From positions 840,001 to 872,000 of the forward strand of contig CP060262.1 in assembly GCA_022646745.1 (NCBI GenBank): a DNA stretch of 32,000 nt. Direction: 5' to 3'. Shown one piece after another: positions 1-8,187 of this stretch. Every line of letters begins with the position of its first letter. Within the stretch, counting starts at the first letter, position 1. Below the pieces are notes generated by a model. The model did not search any database and was not told the origin of the DNA. It saw only the letters and a list, made by a program, of their open reading frames with translations. The position numbers were made by a program, and so were the translations under genes. The DNA comes from Planctomycetales bacterium. GTDB lineage: Bacteria; 4484-113; JAFGCY01.

Positions 1-1917
1 CGGATCCACTCCATGTTCCAGCAGGATCCGCACCCCGTCCATCCAGCCCAGCTGCACCGCCCGGTTGAGCGGGTCATGCTCCATCGTGCGGCCGTCATAA
101 GGCGCGCTTGCCCTGGCACCATGTCCAAGCAGCAGCTCAAGCTGGCCTGCTCCATAGCTGTTCACCGCGACCAGCACGGCAGCGGCGAGGTCGGCCTCCG
201 TCAGCCAGCGTGAGTACGGCTCAAAGTCCAGGAGCGTTGCCAATATGTCAGCTTCATGCTGGCGCACCGCCAGCTCCAGGCTGTGACCCAGCCCACTGCT
301 TCCCTGCACGACATAATTGCCGGCTTCCAGCTGTCTGGCGAGGTAATCCGGGCTTCCGCAACTGATCAGCGTTTCGAGCGGTATGCCCCAACCCATTGCC
401 GACAGTTCATTCAGCGTCGCCAGCTTGCCGGCCTGGCTCGCCGCCAGCATGCACCTGCGTACCATCGCATCCTGTTCCTGCCCTGACAACACAGACAGTC
501 CGGCGATGCAGTCCTCCGTGTTGCCGAGCATCGCCAGCACAGGCAGGTCAGTAAGCCCTGAATCCCCTAGCAGGAGCGTTGCCAGCTCCCTGCGGCCAGC
601 CTGCAGTGCGAGGCTGACTGCAGTCTGCCCCTCTTCGTCCCGCTGCAGCGGATCTGCTCCGAGTTCAACCAGCGCCAGCAGCGCTGCATCCGGTACCTGA
701 GCACGTGCGCCGAGCATCCGGTGCAGGATGTTGCCACCATTGCGCATCTCGCCGTTTAGCGTCCCGGCCAGCTCCAGGATGTAGCGGTAGAATGCCAGTG
801 TGCCCTGCGGGTCGTTCTCCCAGTCCGCCAGCTTGGGCCCATAGGCGGTCATTGCCCGGTCTGCCGAGCGGTATCCCGGTGCCCGATCCGGCCGTTCCAC
901 GGCCCTTGCCGCCGCGTGCATGTCCAGCCCCTGCTTTTCAAACTGCCTGAACAGCTCCAGCAGTGCTGCCCTGCGCCAGTCACCTTCCACATAGGTCGCC
1001 GCGTGCAAAACCGTATCCGCCAGTGGATCAAAGTCCATCTCACGGCAGTACTGCTGAAGGTCCATTCCGTGTTCCACCAGCAGCTCCAGTTTCGCCGGAT
1101 CGCCGATGCACATCGGGGGCAGGAAGTAATAATTGTCATAATCACCGTCAAGCGCAAATGGCAGGTCCCGCGGGCAGATTTCATCTAGCTCCTCAATGCT
1201 CAGTTCCTGCAGCAGCACACTGAGGCAGTCCATCCATTCGCCACCGTCCTCGCGCAGGCCGCAGCTGCGCAGTGCTGCCATCATGAATCCGTGATCAATC
1301 CTCCCCTCGTGCAGCTCATGCAGCAGGGTCTCGCAGCTGGTCCTGCCGAGCTTTGCACCATGCTCGCCAAACAGCTCAATGATGCCTGCCTGCCCCTCCC
1401 GGATCGCCCGCTGCAGCAGCATGTCCATCACCTGCCTGACTTCCTCGTCGGAAGCACTGCCCTTGCCATCCGGGAACCCTTCCATGGAAATGAACCGGTC
1501 GGCCAGCTCGGGGCAGCCGCAGGGTATCGCATTGAGCAGGACGTCCATTGCCAGCACAGGCAATTCCGCACCTTGCTCAATCTCCGGCATGGCCGCAATT
1601 GCCGCCGCCTCATCCGTCTGCATCAGCCGCAGCACCTCCAGCCAGCCGGCATTCGAAGCGTCCATCTCAAACCCCGCGCTTTCCAGCAGTGCGAGGGTCT
1701 CCAATGCCTGCGGGATCCGGCTGCCCTCTCCGTAGGCATAGCTGTCCAGTGCCATTCCCATCATGAAATCCTGGCTCCATTTCAGAGCGGTTTCATCAGT
1801 CAGATGGGAAACAGCGCCTGAATCCAATTCTTCCCCGGCCTGCGCCAGCACATTGCCGGACTGCAGCAGCAGGCAGCCGGATGCGGCCAGCAGCGCCACG
1901 ATCAGCTTCCAGTTCAT
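1..1917 (-). CDS. Secreted ankyrin-like repeat protein; C-terminal part cut off by the window edge (639 codons open down to nt 1)
   Basis: Hand translation of the minus strand from ATG 1917-1915 gives an uninterrupted frame to nt 1. It is absent from the ORF track because it has no stop in the window. N-terminus MNWKLIVALLAASGCLLLQSGNVLAQA is a signal peptide. Segments GGNILHRMLGA..ALLALVELGADPLQRDEEGQTAVSLALQAGRRELATLLL and PLNRAVQLGWMDGVRILLEHGVDP fit the ankyrin consensus. Third codon positions are GC-rich. Confidence 0.8.
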   Translation of the reverse strand, partial: MNWKLIVALLAASGCLLLQSGNVLAQAGEELDSGAVSHLTDETALKWSQDFMMGMALDSYAYGEGSRIPQALETLALLESAGFEMDASNAGWLEVLRLMQTDEAAAIAAMPEIEQGAELPVLAMDVLLNAIPCGCPELADRFISMEGFPDGKGSASDEEVRQVMDMLLQRAIREGQAGIIELFGEHGAKLGRTSCETLLHELHEGRIDHGFMMAALRSCGLREDGGEWMDCLSVLLQELSIEELDEICPRDLPFALDGDYDNYYFLPPMCIGDPAKLELLVEHGMDLQQYCREMDFDPLADTVLHAATYVEGDWRRAALLELFRQFEKQGLDMHAAARAVERPDRAPGYRSADRAMTAYGPKLADWENDPQGTLAFYRYILELAGTLNGEMRNGGNILHRMLGARAQVPDAALLALVELGADPLQRDEEGQTAVSLALQAGRRELATLLLGDSGLTDLPVLAMLGNTEDCIAGLSVLSGQEQDAMVRRCMLAASQAGKLATLNELSAMGWGIPLETLISCGSPDYLARQLEAGNYVVQGSSGLGHSLELAVRQHEADILATLLDFEPYSRWLTEADLAAAVLVAVNSYGAGQLELLLGHGARASAPYDGRTMEHDPLNRAVQLGWMDGVRILLEHGVDP

Positions 1918-1923
1918 GGACTG

Positions 1924-1932
1924 ATCATAGCA
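1924..1932 (-). promoter_or_regulatory. Extended -10 element TGCTATGAT, 6 nt upstream of the ankyrin-like ATG (possible leaderless mRNA)
   Basis: Reverse complement of 1924-1932 reads TGCTATGAT, followed by CAGTCC and then ATG(1917). There is no Shine-Dalgarno in between. Related TGnTATAAT elements precede three other minus-strand genes in the window. Confidence 0.35.
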
Positions 1933-1954
1933 AGTCGGAATTCAGATCCTGCTG

Positions 1955-1982
1955 TTTACGCCACCCTCAGCCCGGGTAATAC
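1955..1982 (+). promoter_or_regulatory. Candidate sigma70-type promoter TTTACG - 16 nt - TAATAC for the gene at 2024
   Basis: TTTACG at 1955-1960 and TAATAC at 1977-1982, about 40 nt upstream of the GAGGAAG Shine-Dalgarno and ATG 2024. Confidence 0.3.
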
Positions 1983-2023
1983 ATCTGGTTTGGCCCAGGC
2001 AGGCCGGCCGAGGAAGTGACGAT

Positions 2024-2491
2024 ATGGCAAAGCGGAAAAACAGAGGAATTGCAGTGCTGACCATGCTGATGCTGGGGCTTAGCATCATCGTGCTGGGCCT
2101 GCTGGCGGACACCCGTCCGGCCAGCGCTTCAGATGAGGACTGCCTGCTGCTCGTGCTCGACAGCGTGGACGGCGTGACGCCGACCGCCGGGATCACGGTC
2201 CAGTTCGTGGACCGCGAGGGAGAGACCCACACTTACGAAACCAATGAGAACGGACTGGTGCTCGTGCCCTGCGGCCTGCTGGGCGACAGCCTGATGTTCG
2301 AGGACACCTGGGGCCATGGCTTCTGCATGGTGCTCAATCCGGAGCGTGCCCATGAGGGTCCGCTCAACAGCCTGCTGATCGACCATCCGGAGCTGGGCAT
2401 CGTCTCCGCACCGGCGGCCAGCAGCACCCCCTACGGCACCGTGCTGCGCCTGGGCATCGGCCCCGGCAGCGAGGAGCCGCTCGAAAACTGA
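2024..2491 (+). CDS. Small membrane-anchored/secreted protein of unknown function (155 aa)
   Basis: ATG preceded by GAGGAAG. Basic N-terminus plus hydrophobic helix (MAKRKNRGIAVLTMLMLGLSIIVLGLL), then a beta-rich region (LLLVLDSVDGVTPTAGITVQFVDREGETHTYETNENGLVLV). GC3-rich codons and a strong terminator downstream. Confidence 0.7.
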   Translation: MAKRKNRGIAVLTMLMLGLSIIVLGLLADTRPASASDEDCLLLVLDSVDGVTPTAGITVQFVDREGETHTYETNENGLVLVPCGLLGDSLMFEDTWGHGFCMVLNPERAHEGPLNSLLIDHPELGIVSAPAASSTPYGTVLRLGIGPGSEEPLEN

Positions 2492-2547
2492 TTCTCCATT
2501 CCCAACACCCGGGCCGGCCCCACCGGCCCATCTGATTCCCGCCCACC

Positions 2548-2585
2548 GTGGCCGCCCCCTTCCCAGGGCGGCCACCTTTTTTTCT
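2548..2585 (+). terminator. Rho-independent terminator
   Basis: 10-bp perfect stem GTGGCCGCCC / GGGCGGCCAC (2548-2557 / 2566-2575) with an 8-nt loop, followed by C then TTTTTTT. Confidence 0.8.
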
Positions 2586-2726
2586 TGCCGGCTCAGCTGA
2601 AGCTTCGCCGGTCTATGTTCCGCGTTCTGCGCCGGAAACAAGTTCCCTGAGGCTTCACAGGCATTGTGCTGTGCATTGCCATTTACTCCTGCCGGCTCCT
2701 GCAAGCAGGTACTTCAATCAGAAACC

Positions 2727-2754
2727 TGCCTTCTGCCTGTTGCCTTCTGCCTGT
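2727..2754. repeat. Perfect 14-bp tandem duplication TGCCTTCTGCCTGT x2
   Basis: 2727-2740 and 2741-2754 are identical. The repeat lies immediately 3' of the stop (2762-2764) of the minus-strand gene. Confidence 0.9.
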
Positions 2755-2761
2755 CGACGAC

Positions 2762-5323
2762 TCAGAATATCGAGAACGACGTGTAGGCCCAGTCCGTCAG
2801 GCCGCTGTCATCCACCACCGTTACCGTCACCAGCTTCGATCCCGAGCTCATGAACACATGCGTGGTCAGCGGTTCCGTGGTCGTCTCATCGGGGACCCCG
2901 TCTTCGTCGAAGTCCCAGCGGTACTCGACGATGCTGCCATCCAGGTCAAAGCTGGCGCTGGCATCGAACTCCACTGGTGCAGGCAGCGCGATGAACGGCC
3001 CGCCCGGATACTCGATTGCCGCAGTCGGTGCGCCATCCGTGCGGATGATGAACTGCTTGAAGCTTGTTTCATCGTCATCATCCCAGGCATACACGTACCC
3101 ATGGAAGGACCCAGATGTCGCGTAGCTGAAGCTGGCCATCGGCCCGGCCGGCGGGTCTGAGGTGTCAAACAGTTCGAGGCTGCCGTCACCGTCAAAGTCC
3201 CAGCCCCACTTCACGATCGTGCCGTTGTCAGTTGAACCGCTGGCGTCGAAGTTCACCGTCAGCGGGGAACTGCCCTGTGTCACATCGATCTGCAGGTCGA
3301 TCTTGGGCGGGTCACTTAGCGGGGCGAACAGGGTCAGCTTGGTGGAACCTGTGGCATTGTCACCCTGGTCATCGGTCACCCGCACACTCGGGCTGAAGCC
3401 GAACACCGCCTCCTCGTACGTGAACTGCGCAAAGGGCACGTCGCCCGTGTCCAGCTCAAAGCCGTTGCCGGCATCACCGTCAATGTCCCATTCGTACTTC
3501 ACGATGCTGCGGCCCTCGGAAGCGCTGCTGTTCTCCGCGGTGTAGCTCACGGTCAGCGGCGCGTTGCCAAAGGTCTCATCCCCGAGGATGCTGGCAACCG
3601 GCGGGCCGCCGGGCGCCTCCAGCGCGGTGATGATCACCTGTGTGGATGCGCGCTGGAACCAGGAATCCGTCACCGTCAACTCGACGACGTACACTCCGGG
3701 ATCCGTGAATGTGTACTGGCCGCTCGGCTCGCTGCTGCCGTCAGTCAGGGTGCCGAACTTGTCAAACTTCCATGCGTAGTCCGTCAGTGTGCCATTCGGG
3801 GATGAGCTGGCTGCGGCATCGAAGCTGACAGTCAGCGGCGCGATTCCCGCTTCCGGACTGATCGTTGCCACCGGCAGCGGTTCTGCCAGCGGATCACCGA
3901 CCTTGAAGTACTGCCCCCAGGGACCACCCTGTCCACGCAAGCCACCATGGATTCCCTGGCTGAAGTTCAGCACCCCGAAGAAGAACTGCAGGTGCAGGAT
4001 TCCGTCGCCGGTCGGTGCAGCGGGATCTATCCGCAGGATGGCGTCGGAATTGCTGAGGCTGGCATACGGCCAGGGCGTCCCATCTTCGGTCACGAAGCGG
4101 TAGCGCATGTCCGGATGCGTTGATATGTCCCCGAGCAGCGGGTCAGTCACCGTCACCTTGGTTTCCGACCCCGCTGAGGCGACAAAGGGATCCACGAAAT
4201 TGCCTGCTCCATCCAGCCCCTCAAAGCTGATGGATGGGGGCTGCAACTTTCCCGGGTTGCTGGACCAGCGTGGAGACGCAAGCACGTAGCTAGGCATCCC
4301 TTCAGTGACGCCATCCGAGGACCTGACCCAGTAGTAGTTGTAATCCTGCTGGCCCTGGGGCTGCGAGAGGATGTCGCCCTTGTAGAACAGCCGGCCCTCC
4401 TTGGGCAGCGGGCCAGGGTGGATCGCAGCATCCGGCAGCTGGTAGTCCATGAAGTCCTTGGTCGCATAGGGTTCGATCGTCGACGGCCCGTTGTCCGCGG
4501 GGAAGTCATCAAAGTCGTCTGAGGCGTATAGGTTGTAGGAGCTGACGCGCGCCCCGAAGTTGGCACCGATCGGCGTGATGTCCGCCAGGTTGATCTCCCC
4601 GTTGGCATCGCCGTCGATCATTCCGGGAATGGTGGCCGGCCCGAATGGCCCGACTTCCTTCAGGTGGATCCCGAGTGGAGTCAGGTCGGAGATGTTCACC
4701 TCACCGTTCTGGTCGTAGTCACCCTGGTTGTAGTAATGCCAGAAAAGTCCGTATGTCGTGTTCAGCTCATAGCTGATGTCGCTGCGGGAGCCCGGCCCGG
4801 TCGGTGCCTTGGAAGCAGCACGCACTGATCCCAGCGCTCCCCGCTCGAAGTGCACCGTTGCCAGCTTGCCGCTGCCGCTGAACCCTTCCGCATTCTGCGG
4901 ATGGATGTACAGCTGGCCATGATGCATCGCCTCCCTCGTGTCCAGCACTCCGAGGCTCAGCAGTTCAGACGGCCTGCCAAACTGCCTGGCCGCGCTGCTG
5001 GCAACCGCATGCCAGTGCCCCGTGTCGTAGCTGATGGAGAAGTACAGTGCACGCAGGTCCTTTGCATCCTCAACGCTGACTTCCGCCAGCAGGCTGCCAT
5101 CCTCCTGTTCGCTGACCGACAGGTTCACGGACGCAAGCCGGGCTCCGTAGACCAGGCTGTCCGGGCTGACTTCCAGCCGCATTCCATCACTCTCGGAAAC
5201 CAGCGCCGTCTTTGGCAGCTCAGCAATGTCGAGATCCCTGTTGCCAGCCGACCCACAGGCTGACAGCAAGGTCGCCAGTATGGCGGCGATCAGTGGATTT
5301 AATGGCAATTTAACATTCCGCAT
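2762..5323 (-). CDS. Surface lipoprotein with cohesin-like module + dockerin + unassigned middle region + 4 PKD domains (paralogue A)
   Basis: Preferred start is ATG 5323 with GGAGAG 5 nt upstream (the track start 5341 lies only 11 nt from the -10 element). Lipobox LLSAC. Cohesin-like segment ..DLRALYFSISYDTGHWHAV..GSGKLATVHFERG (about 4832-5182). Dockerin duplicated Ca loops DYDQNGEVNISDLTPLG / DGDANGEINLADITPIG (about 4550-4726). Four PKD repeats with WDFDGDG / YRWDFDEDG / YEWDIDGD motifs (2765-3871). Confidence 0.9.
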   Translation of the reverse strand: MRNVKLPLNPLIAAILATLLSACGSAGNRDLDIAELPKTALVSESDGMRLEVSPDSLVYGARLASVNLSVSEQEDGSLLAEVSVEDAKDLRALYFSISYDTGHWHAVASSAARQFGRPSELLSLGVLDTREAMHHGQLYIHPQNAEGFSGSGKLATVHFERGALGSVRAASKAPTGPGSRSDISYELNTTYGLFWHYYNQGDYDQNGEVNISDLTPLGIHLKEVGPFGPATIPGMIDGDANGEINLADITPIGANFGARVSSYNLYASDDFDDFPADNGPSTIEPYATKDFMDYQLPDAAIHPGPLPKEGRLFYKGDILSQPQGQQDYNYYWVRSSDGVTEGMPSYVLASPRWSSNPGKLQPPSISFEGLDGAGNFVDPFVASAGSETKVTVTDPLLGDISTHPDMRYRFVTEDGTPWPYASLSNSDAILRIDPAAPTGDGILHLQFFFGVLNFSQGIHGGLRGQGGPWGQYFKVGDPLAEPLPVATISPEAGIAPLTVSFDAAASSSPNGTLTDYAWKFDKFGTLTDGSSEPSGQYTFTDPGVYVVELTVTDSWFQRASTQVIITALEAPGGPPVASILGDETFGNAPLTVSYTAENSSASEGRSIVKYEWDIDGDAGNGFELDTGDVPFAQFTYEEAVFGFSPSVRVTDDQGDNATGSTKLTLFAPLSDPPKIDLQIDVTQGSSPLTVNFDASGSTDNGTIVKWGWDFDGDGSLELFDTSDPPAGPMASFSYATSGSFHGYVYAWDDDDETSFKQFIIRTDGAPTAAIEYPGGPFIALPAPVEFDASASFDLDGSIVEYRWDFDEDGVPDETTTEPLTTHVFMSSGSKLVTVTVVDDSGLTDWAYTSFSIF

Positions 5324-5352
5324 AAACACTCTCCGATCCATCTGTCGGCTGC

Positions 5353-5361
5353 ATTATATCA
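5353..5361 (-). promoter_or_regulatory. Extended -10 promoter element TGATATAAT for paralogue A
   Basis: Reverse complement of 5353-5361 is TGATATAAT, in the context GCTTGATATAATGC. This is nearly identical to the element upstream of paralogue B. Confidence 0.5.
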
Positions 5362-5457
5362 AGCAGAATGCTGGCCACACAGGCAGCATGCCTCCCTCGC
5401 ACGGATGCACTATTGCGCTGACCAAATCCGCTGGCCCCAAATGGCCGGTCCCCTGAC

Positions 5458-8025
5458 TCAGAAGATGGTGAAGGTCTGCCTGTCCCAGTCAGTCAGGCCG
5501 TTGTCATCCACCACCGTCACCCGCACGATCGGATAGCCTGCCTGCGTGAACAGATGGGTGACGGTCGGTTCAGTCGTAGTCATGTCCACCGTGCCGTCGT
5601 CATTGAAGTCCCAGCGGTACTCCACGATGCTGCCATCCATGTCACTGCTGCCGCTGGCATCGAATTCAATTTCCTGCGGCGCGCCGAAGTAAGGTCCGCC
5701 CGGGTATTCAAGCACCGCAGTCGGCGCTCCGTCCACCCGGATCACGAAGGACTTCGAGTTGAGCTGGTCCGTATCATCCCAGGCATAGAAGTAGCCATGG
5801 AAGGCCCCGCTGGTTTCGTAGGTGAAGCTCTCCATCGAAGTGGCAACCGGGTCGGACAGGTCGAACAGCTCGAGCTTCCCGTCGCCGTCGAAGTCCCAGC
5901 CCCACTTGCTGATCGAACCTTCCGCATCCGTCGTGCCACTGCCGTCAAAGTGCACTGTCAACGGACTGCTGCCAACGCTTACGTCAATCACGAGGTCCAT
6001 TTCCGGCGGGAAGTTCAGTGGCGCAAGCGGTACCACTGCCAGTCCGGCTTCCGCCGTTGCACCGATGTCATCCGTCACCCGCACACGTGCCGTCAGCAGC
6101 CCGGCTTCGGTATATGTCATCTGTGCATTCGGCTCTGAACCGGTATCCAGCTCAAAGCCATTGCCGTCATCGCCATCGAGGTCCCATTCATACTTGACGA
6201 TGCTGCGGCCGGCGGCCGCCTGGCTGTAATCAGCGCTGAAGTTGATCGTCAGCGGAATGTTGCCATCACGCACGTCCGCGAGGATGCTGGCCACCGGGTC
6301 CGTCCCGCCGGCCGGCAGTACCTTGACAACCTGCTGCGTGCTGGCCTGCTGCACCCAGTCGTCATTCACGCGCAGCTCGACCACGTAGACGCCCGGCTGA
6401 TCATATGTGTATTGCGGTTGGGCTTCATTGCTGAAGCCGAAGCTGCTGCCATAGAGGTCGAACTCCCAGCTGTAGAAGCGGATGCTGCCGTTCGGCGTAC
6501 TGCTGCCCGTGCCGTCGAACTGCACAGTCAACGGGGCCTCGCCCTCCAGCACATCCGCCGCCAGCACGGCACTCGGTGGCAGCAGGGCCGGACCGCTGCG
6601 CAGCGTCAGGCCGCGCGGGCCATCCTCGCCGGGCAAGCCGCCGAGCATGCCCTGGTCGTAGCTGAGTAAACCGAAGTAGTACTGCAGGCGCAGTTCGTCA
6701 TTTCCCTGCGGAGCCTCAGCGCTGACCCTCAGCACCGCATCGCTGTTTGACAATGTGGCGTATGGCCAGGGGGCACCGTCCTCCTGCACCACCCGGTAGC
6801 GCATCTGCGGATCCGTCGAGATGTCGCCCAGCAGCGGGTCAATCACGTTCACCTTGTATTCCCCTCCCGGCTGCAGCAGCAGCGGGTCTTCCAGCCGCCC
6901 GATGCCGCTGATGTCGTCAACGCTGATTGCCGGAGGTTCGAGGCTGTCACCGAAGAACTCGCTGTAGAAGGGTGAGGCCAGGATGTAGCTGGCCGTTCCT
7001 TCAGTCTCACCGTCCGTCGGACGCACCCAGTAGAAGTTGTAGTCCTCTCCACCGCCGCCGATGCCGGCCGAGATGATCTGCCCCCAGTAGAACAGCCGGC
7101 CGTCCTTGGGCAGCGGGCCGGGGTGGTCCTTGTCCTCCAGCTGGTAGTCGCTTGATTCCTTTGTGGAGTATGGCTCGATGCTGGACGGTCCGCCATCCGC
7201 CGGATAGTCCGCGATGTCATCCGAGGCATACAGGTTGTATGCACTGATACGCGCGCCGAAGTTGGACCCGATCGGCGTGATGTCCGCCAGGTTGATCTCG
7301 CCGTTGCCATCACCGTCAATCACGCCCTGGATCGAGGCCGGGGACCATGGCCCGGCCTCCCTCAGGTGGATGCCCAGCGGTGTCAGGTCGGAGATGTTCA
7401 CTTCGCCGTTCTGGTCGTAGTCACCCTGGTTGTAGTAATGCCAGAACAGGCCGAAGGTCGAGCCGAACACGAAGGAGATATCACTGCGTGAACCGGGGCC
7501 AGTCGGCGCTTTGGCAACACTGCGCACTGATTCAAGCGCTCCCTTCTCGAAGCGGACACTAGCCAGTGTGCCACTGCCGCTGAAGCCTTCACTGCTCTGC
7601 GGATGGATGTACAGCTGCCCGTGGTGCATCGCCTCCACTGTGTCCAGCACTCCGAGGCTCAGCAGTTCCGACTGCTTGCCAAAGCGGCTGTCAGCGCTGC
7701 TTTCGACAGCATGCCACTCGCTCGTGTCGTAGCTCAGCGTGAAGTACAGCGCGCGGAGGTCCTTTGCATCATTGGCGCGGATCTCCGCCAGCAGGCTGCC
7801 GTCCTCCTGCTCATCGACCAGCAATTCCACACTGTCCATCCTGCCACCATAAATGAAACTGTCAGCGCTCAGCTCCAGTTCCATCCCTGCGGCTGATGCA
7901 TGCAGGGCAGGCCTGTCACCAGTCGGATCAGTATCCGTCAGGCTGCTGCGGCTCCCGCAGGATGCTGCAAGACCGAGTATCGAACTGGCAATGAGTAGCT
8001 TTGTTGCAGTGCTGGCTGCTTGCAT
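5458..8025 (-). CDS. Surface lipoprotein with cohesin-like module + dockerin + unassigned middle region + 4 PKD domains (paralogue B)
   Basis: Preferred start is ATG 8025 (MQAASTATKLLIASSILGLAASCGS, lipobox LAASC) with GGAGTG upstream; the track start 8148 adds 41 non-signal residues. The architecture is collinear with paralogue A, with the same dockerin loops DYDQNGEVNISDLTPLG / DGDGNGEINLADITPIG and PKD motifs WDFDGDG / YRWDFNDDG. Confidence 0.9.
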   Translation of the reverse strand: MQAASTATKLLIASSILGLAASCGSRSSLTDTDPTGDRPALHASAAGMELELSADSFIYGGRMDSVELLVDEQEDGSLLAEIRANDAKDLRALYFTLSYDTSEWHAVESSADSRFGKQSELLSLGVLDTVEAMHHGQLYIHPQSSEGFSGSGTLASVRFEKGALESVRSVAKAPTGPGSRSDISFVFGSTFGLFWHYYNQGDYDQNGEVNISDLTPLGIHLREAGPWSPASIQGVIDGDGNGEINLADITPIGSNFGARISAYNLYASDDIADYPADGGPSSIEPYSTKESSDYQLEDKDHPGPLPKDGRLFYWGQIISAGIGGGGEDYNFYWVRPTDGETEGTASYILASPFYSEFFGDSLEPPAISVDDISGIGRLEDPLLLQPGGEYKVNVIDPLLGDISTDPQMRYRVVQEDGAPWPYATLSNSDAVLRVSAEAPQGNDELRLQYYFGLLSYDQGMLGGLPGEDGPRGLTLRSGPALLPPSAVLAADVLEGEAPLTVQFDGTGSSTPNGSIRFYSWEFDLYGSSFGFSNEAQPQYTYDQPGVYVVELRVNDDWVQQASTQQVVKVLPAGGTDPVASILADVRDGNIPLTINFSADYSQAAAGRSIVKYEWDLDGDDGNGFELDTGSEPNAQMTYTEAGLLTARVRVTDDIGATAEAGLAVVPLAPLNFPPEMDLVIDVSVGSSPLTVHFDGSGTTDAEGSISKWGWDFDGDGKLELFDLSDPVATSMESFTYETSGAFHGYFYAWDDTDQLNSKSFVIRVDGAPTAVLEYPGGPYFGAPQEIEFDASGSSDMDGSIVEYRWDFNDDGTVDMTTTEPTVTHLFTQAGYPIVRVTVVDDNGLTDWDRQTFTIF

Positions 8026-8055
8026 GTGGTCACTCCAATCAGATTGCTGCGGAGC

Positions 8056-8064
8056 ATTATAGCA
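8056..8064 (-). promoter_or_regulatory. Extended -10 promoter element TGCTATAAT for paralogue B
   Basis: Reverse complement of 8056-8064 is TGCTATAAT (context GCTTGCTATAATGC), about 30 nt upstream of ATG 8025. Confidence 0.5.
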
Positions 8065-8187
8065 AGCAAGATAATATTGTTTGAATGTTCCAATTGAGAC
8101 AATCCGATGAACGTATCGACGGGTTGCCAAGGAAGCCTGGACATTCAATCTTCACATGATTCCATTGGGATCGCCTGGTTCATCTTG

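Noticed and set aside
2511-2529. Hairpin GGGCCGG CCCCA CCGGCCC right after the 2024..2491 stop
   Set aside because: No T tract follows it. The real terminator is the next hairpin at 2548-2585.
4550-7450. Near-identical nucleotide runs between the two cohesin/dockerin paralogues as a diversity-generating retroelement template/variable pair
   Set aside because: No reverse transcriptase gene is present and no adenine-specific mismatch pattern is visible. Ordinary paralogy or gene conversion explains the similarity.
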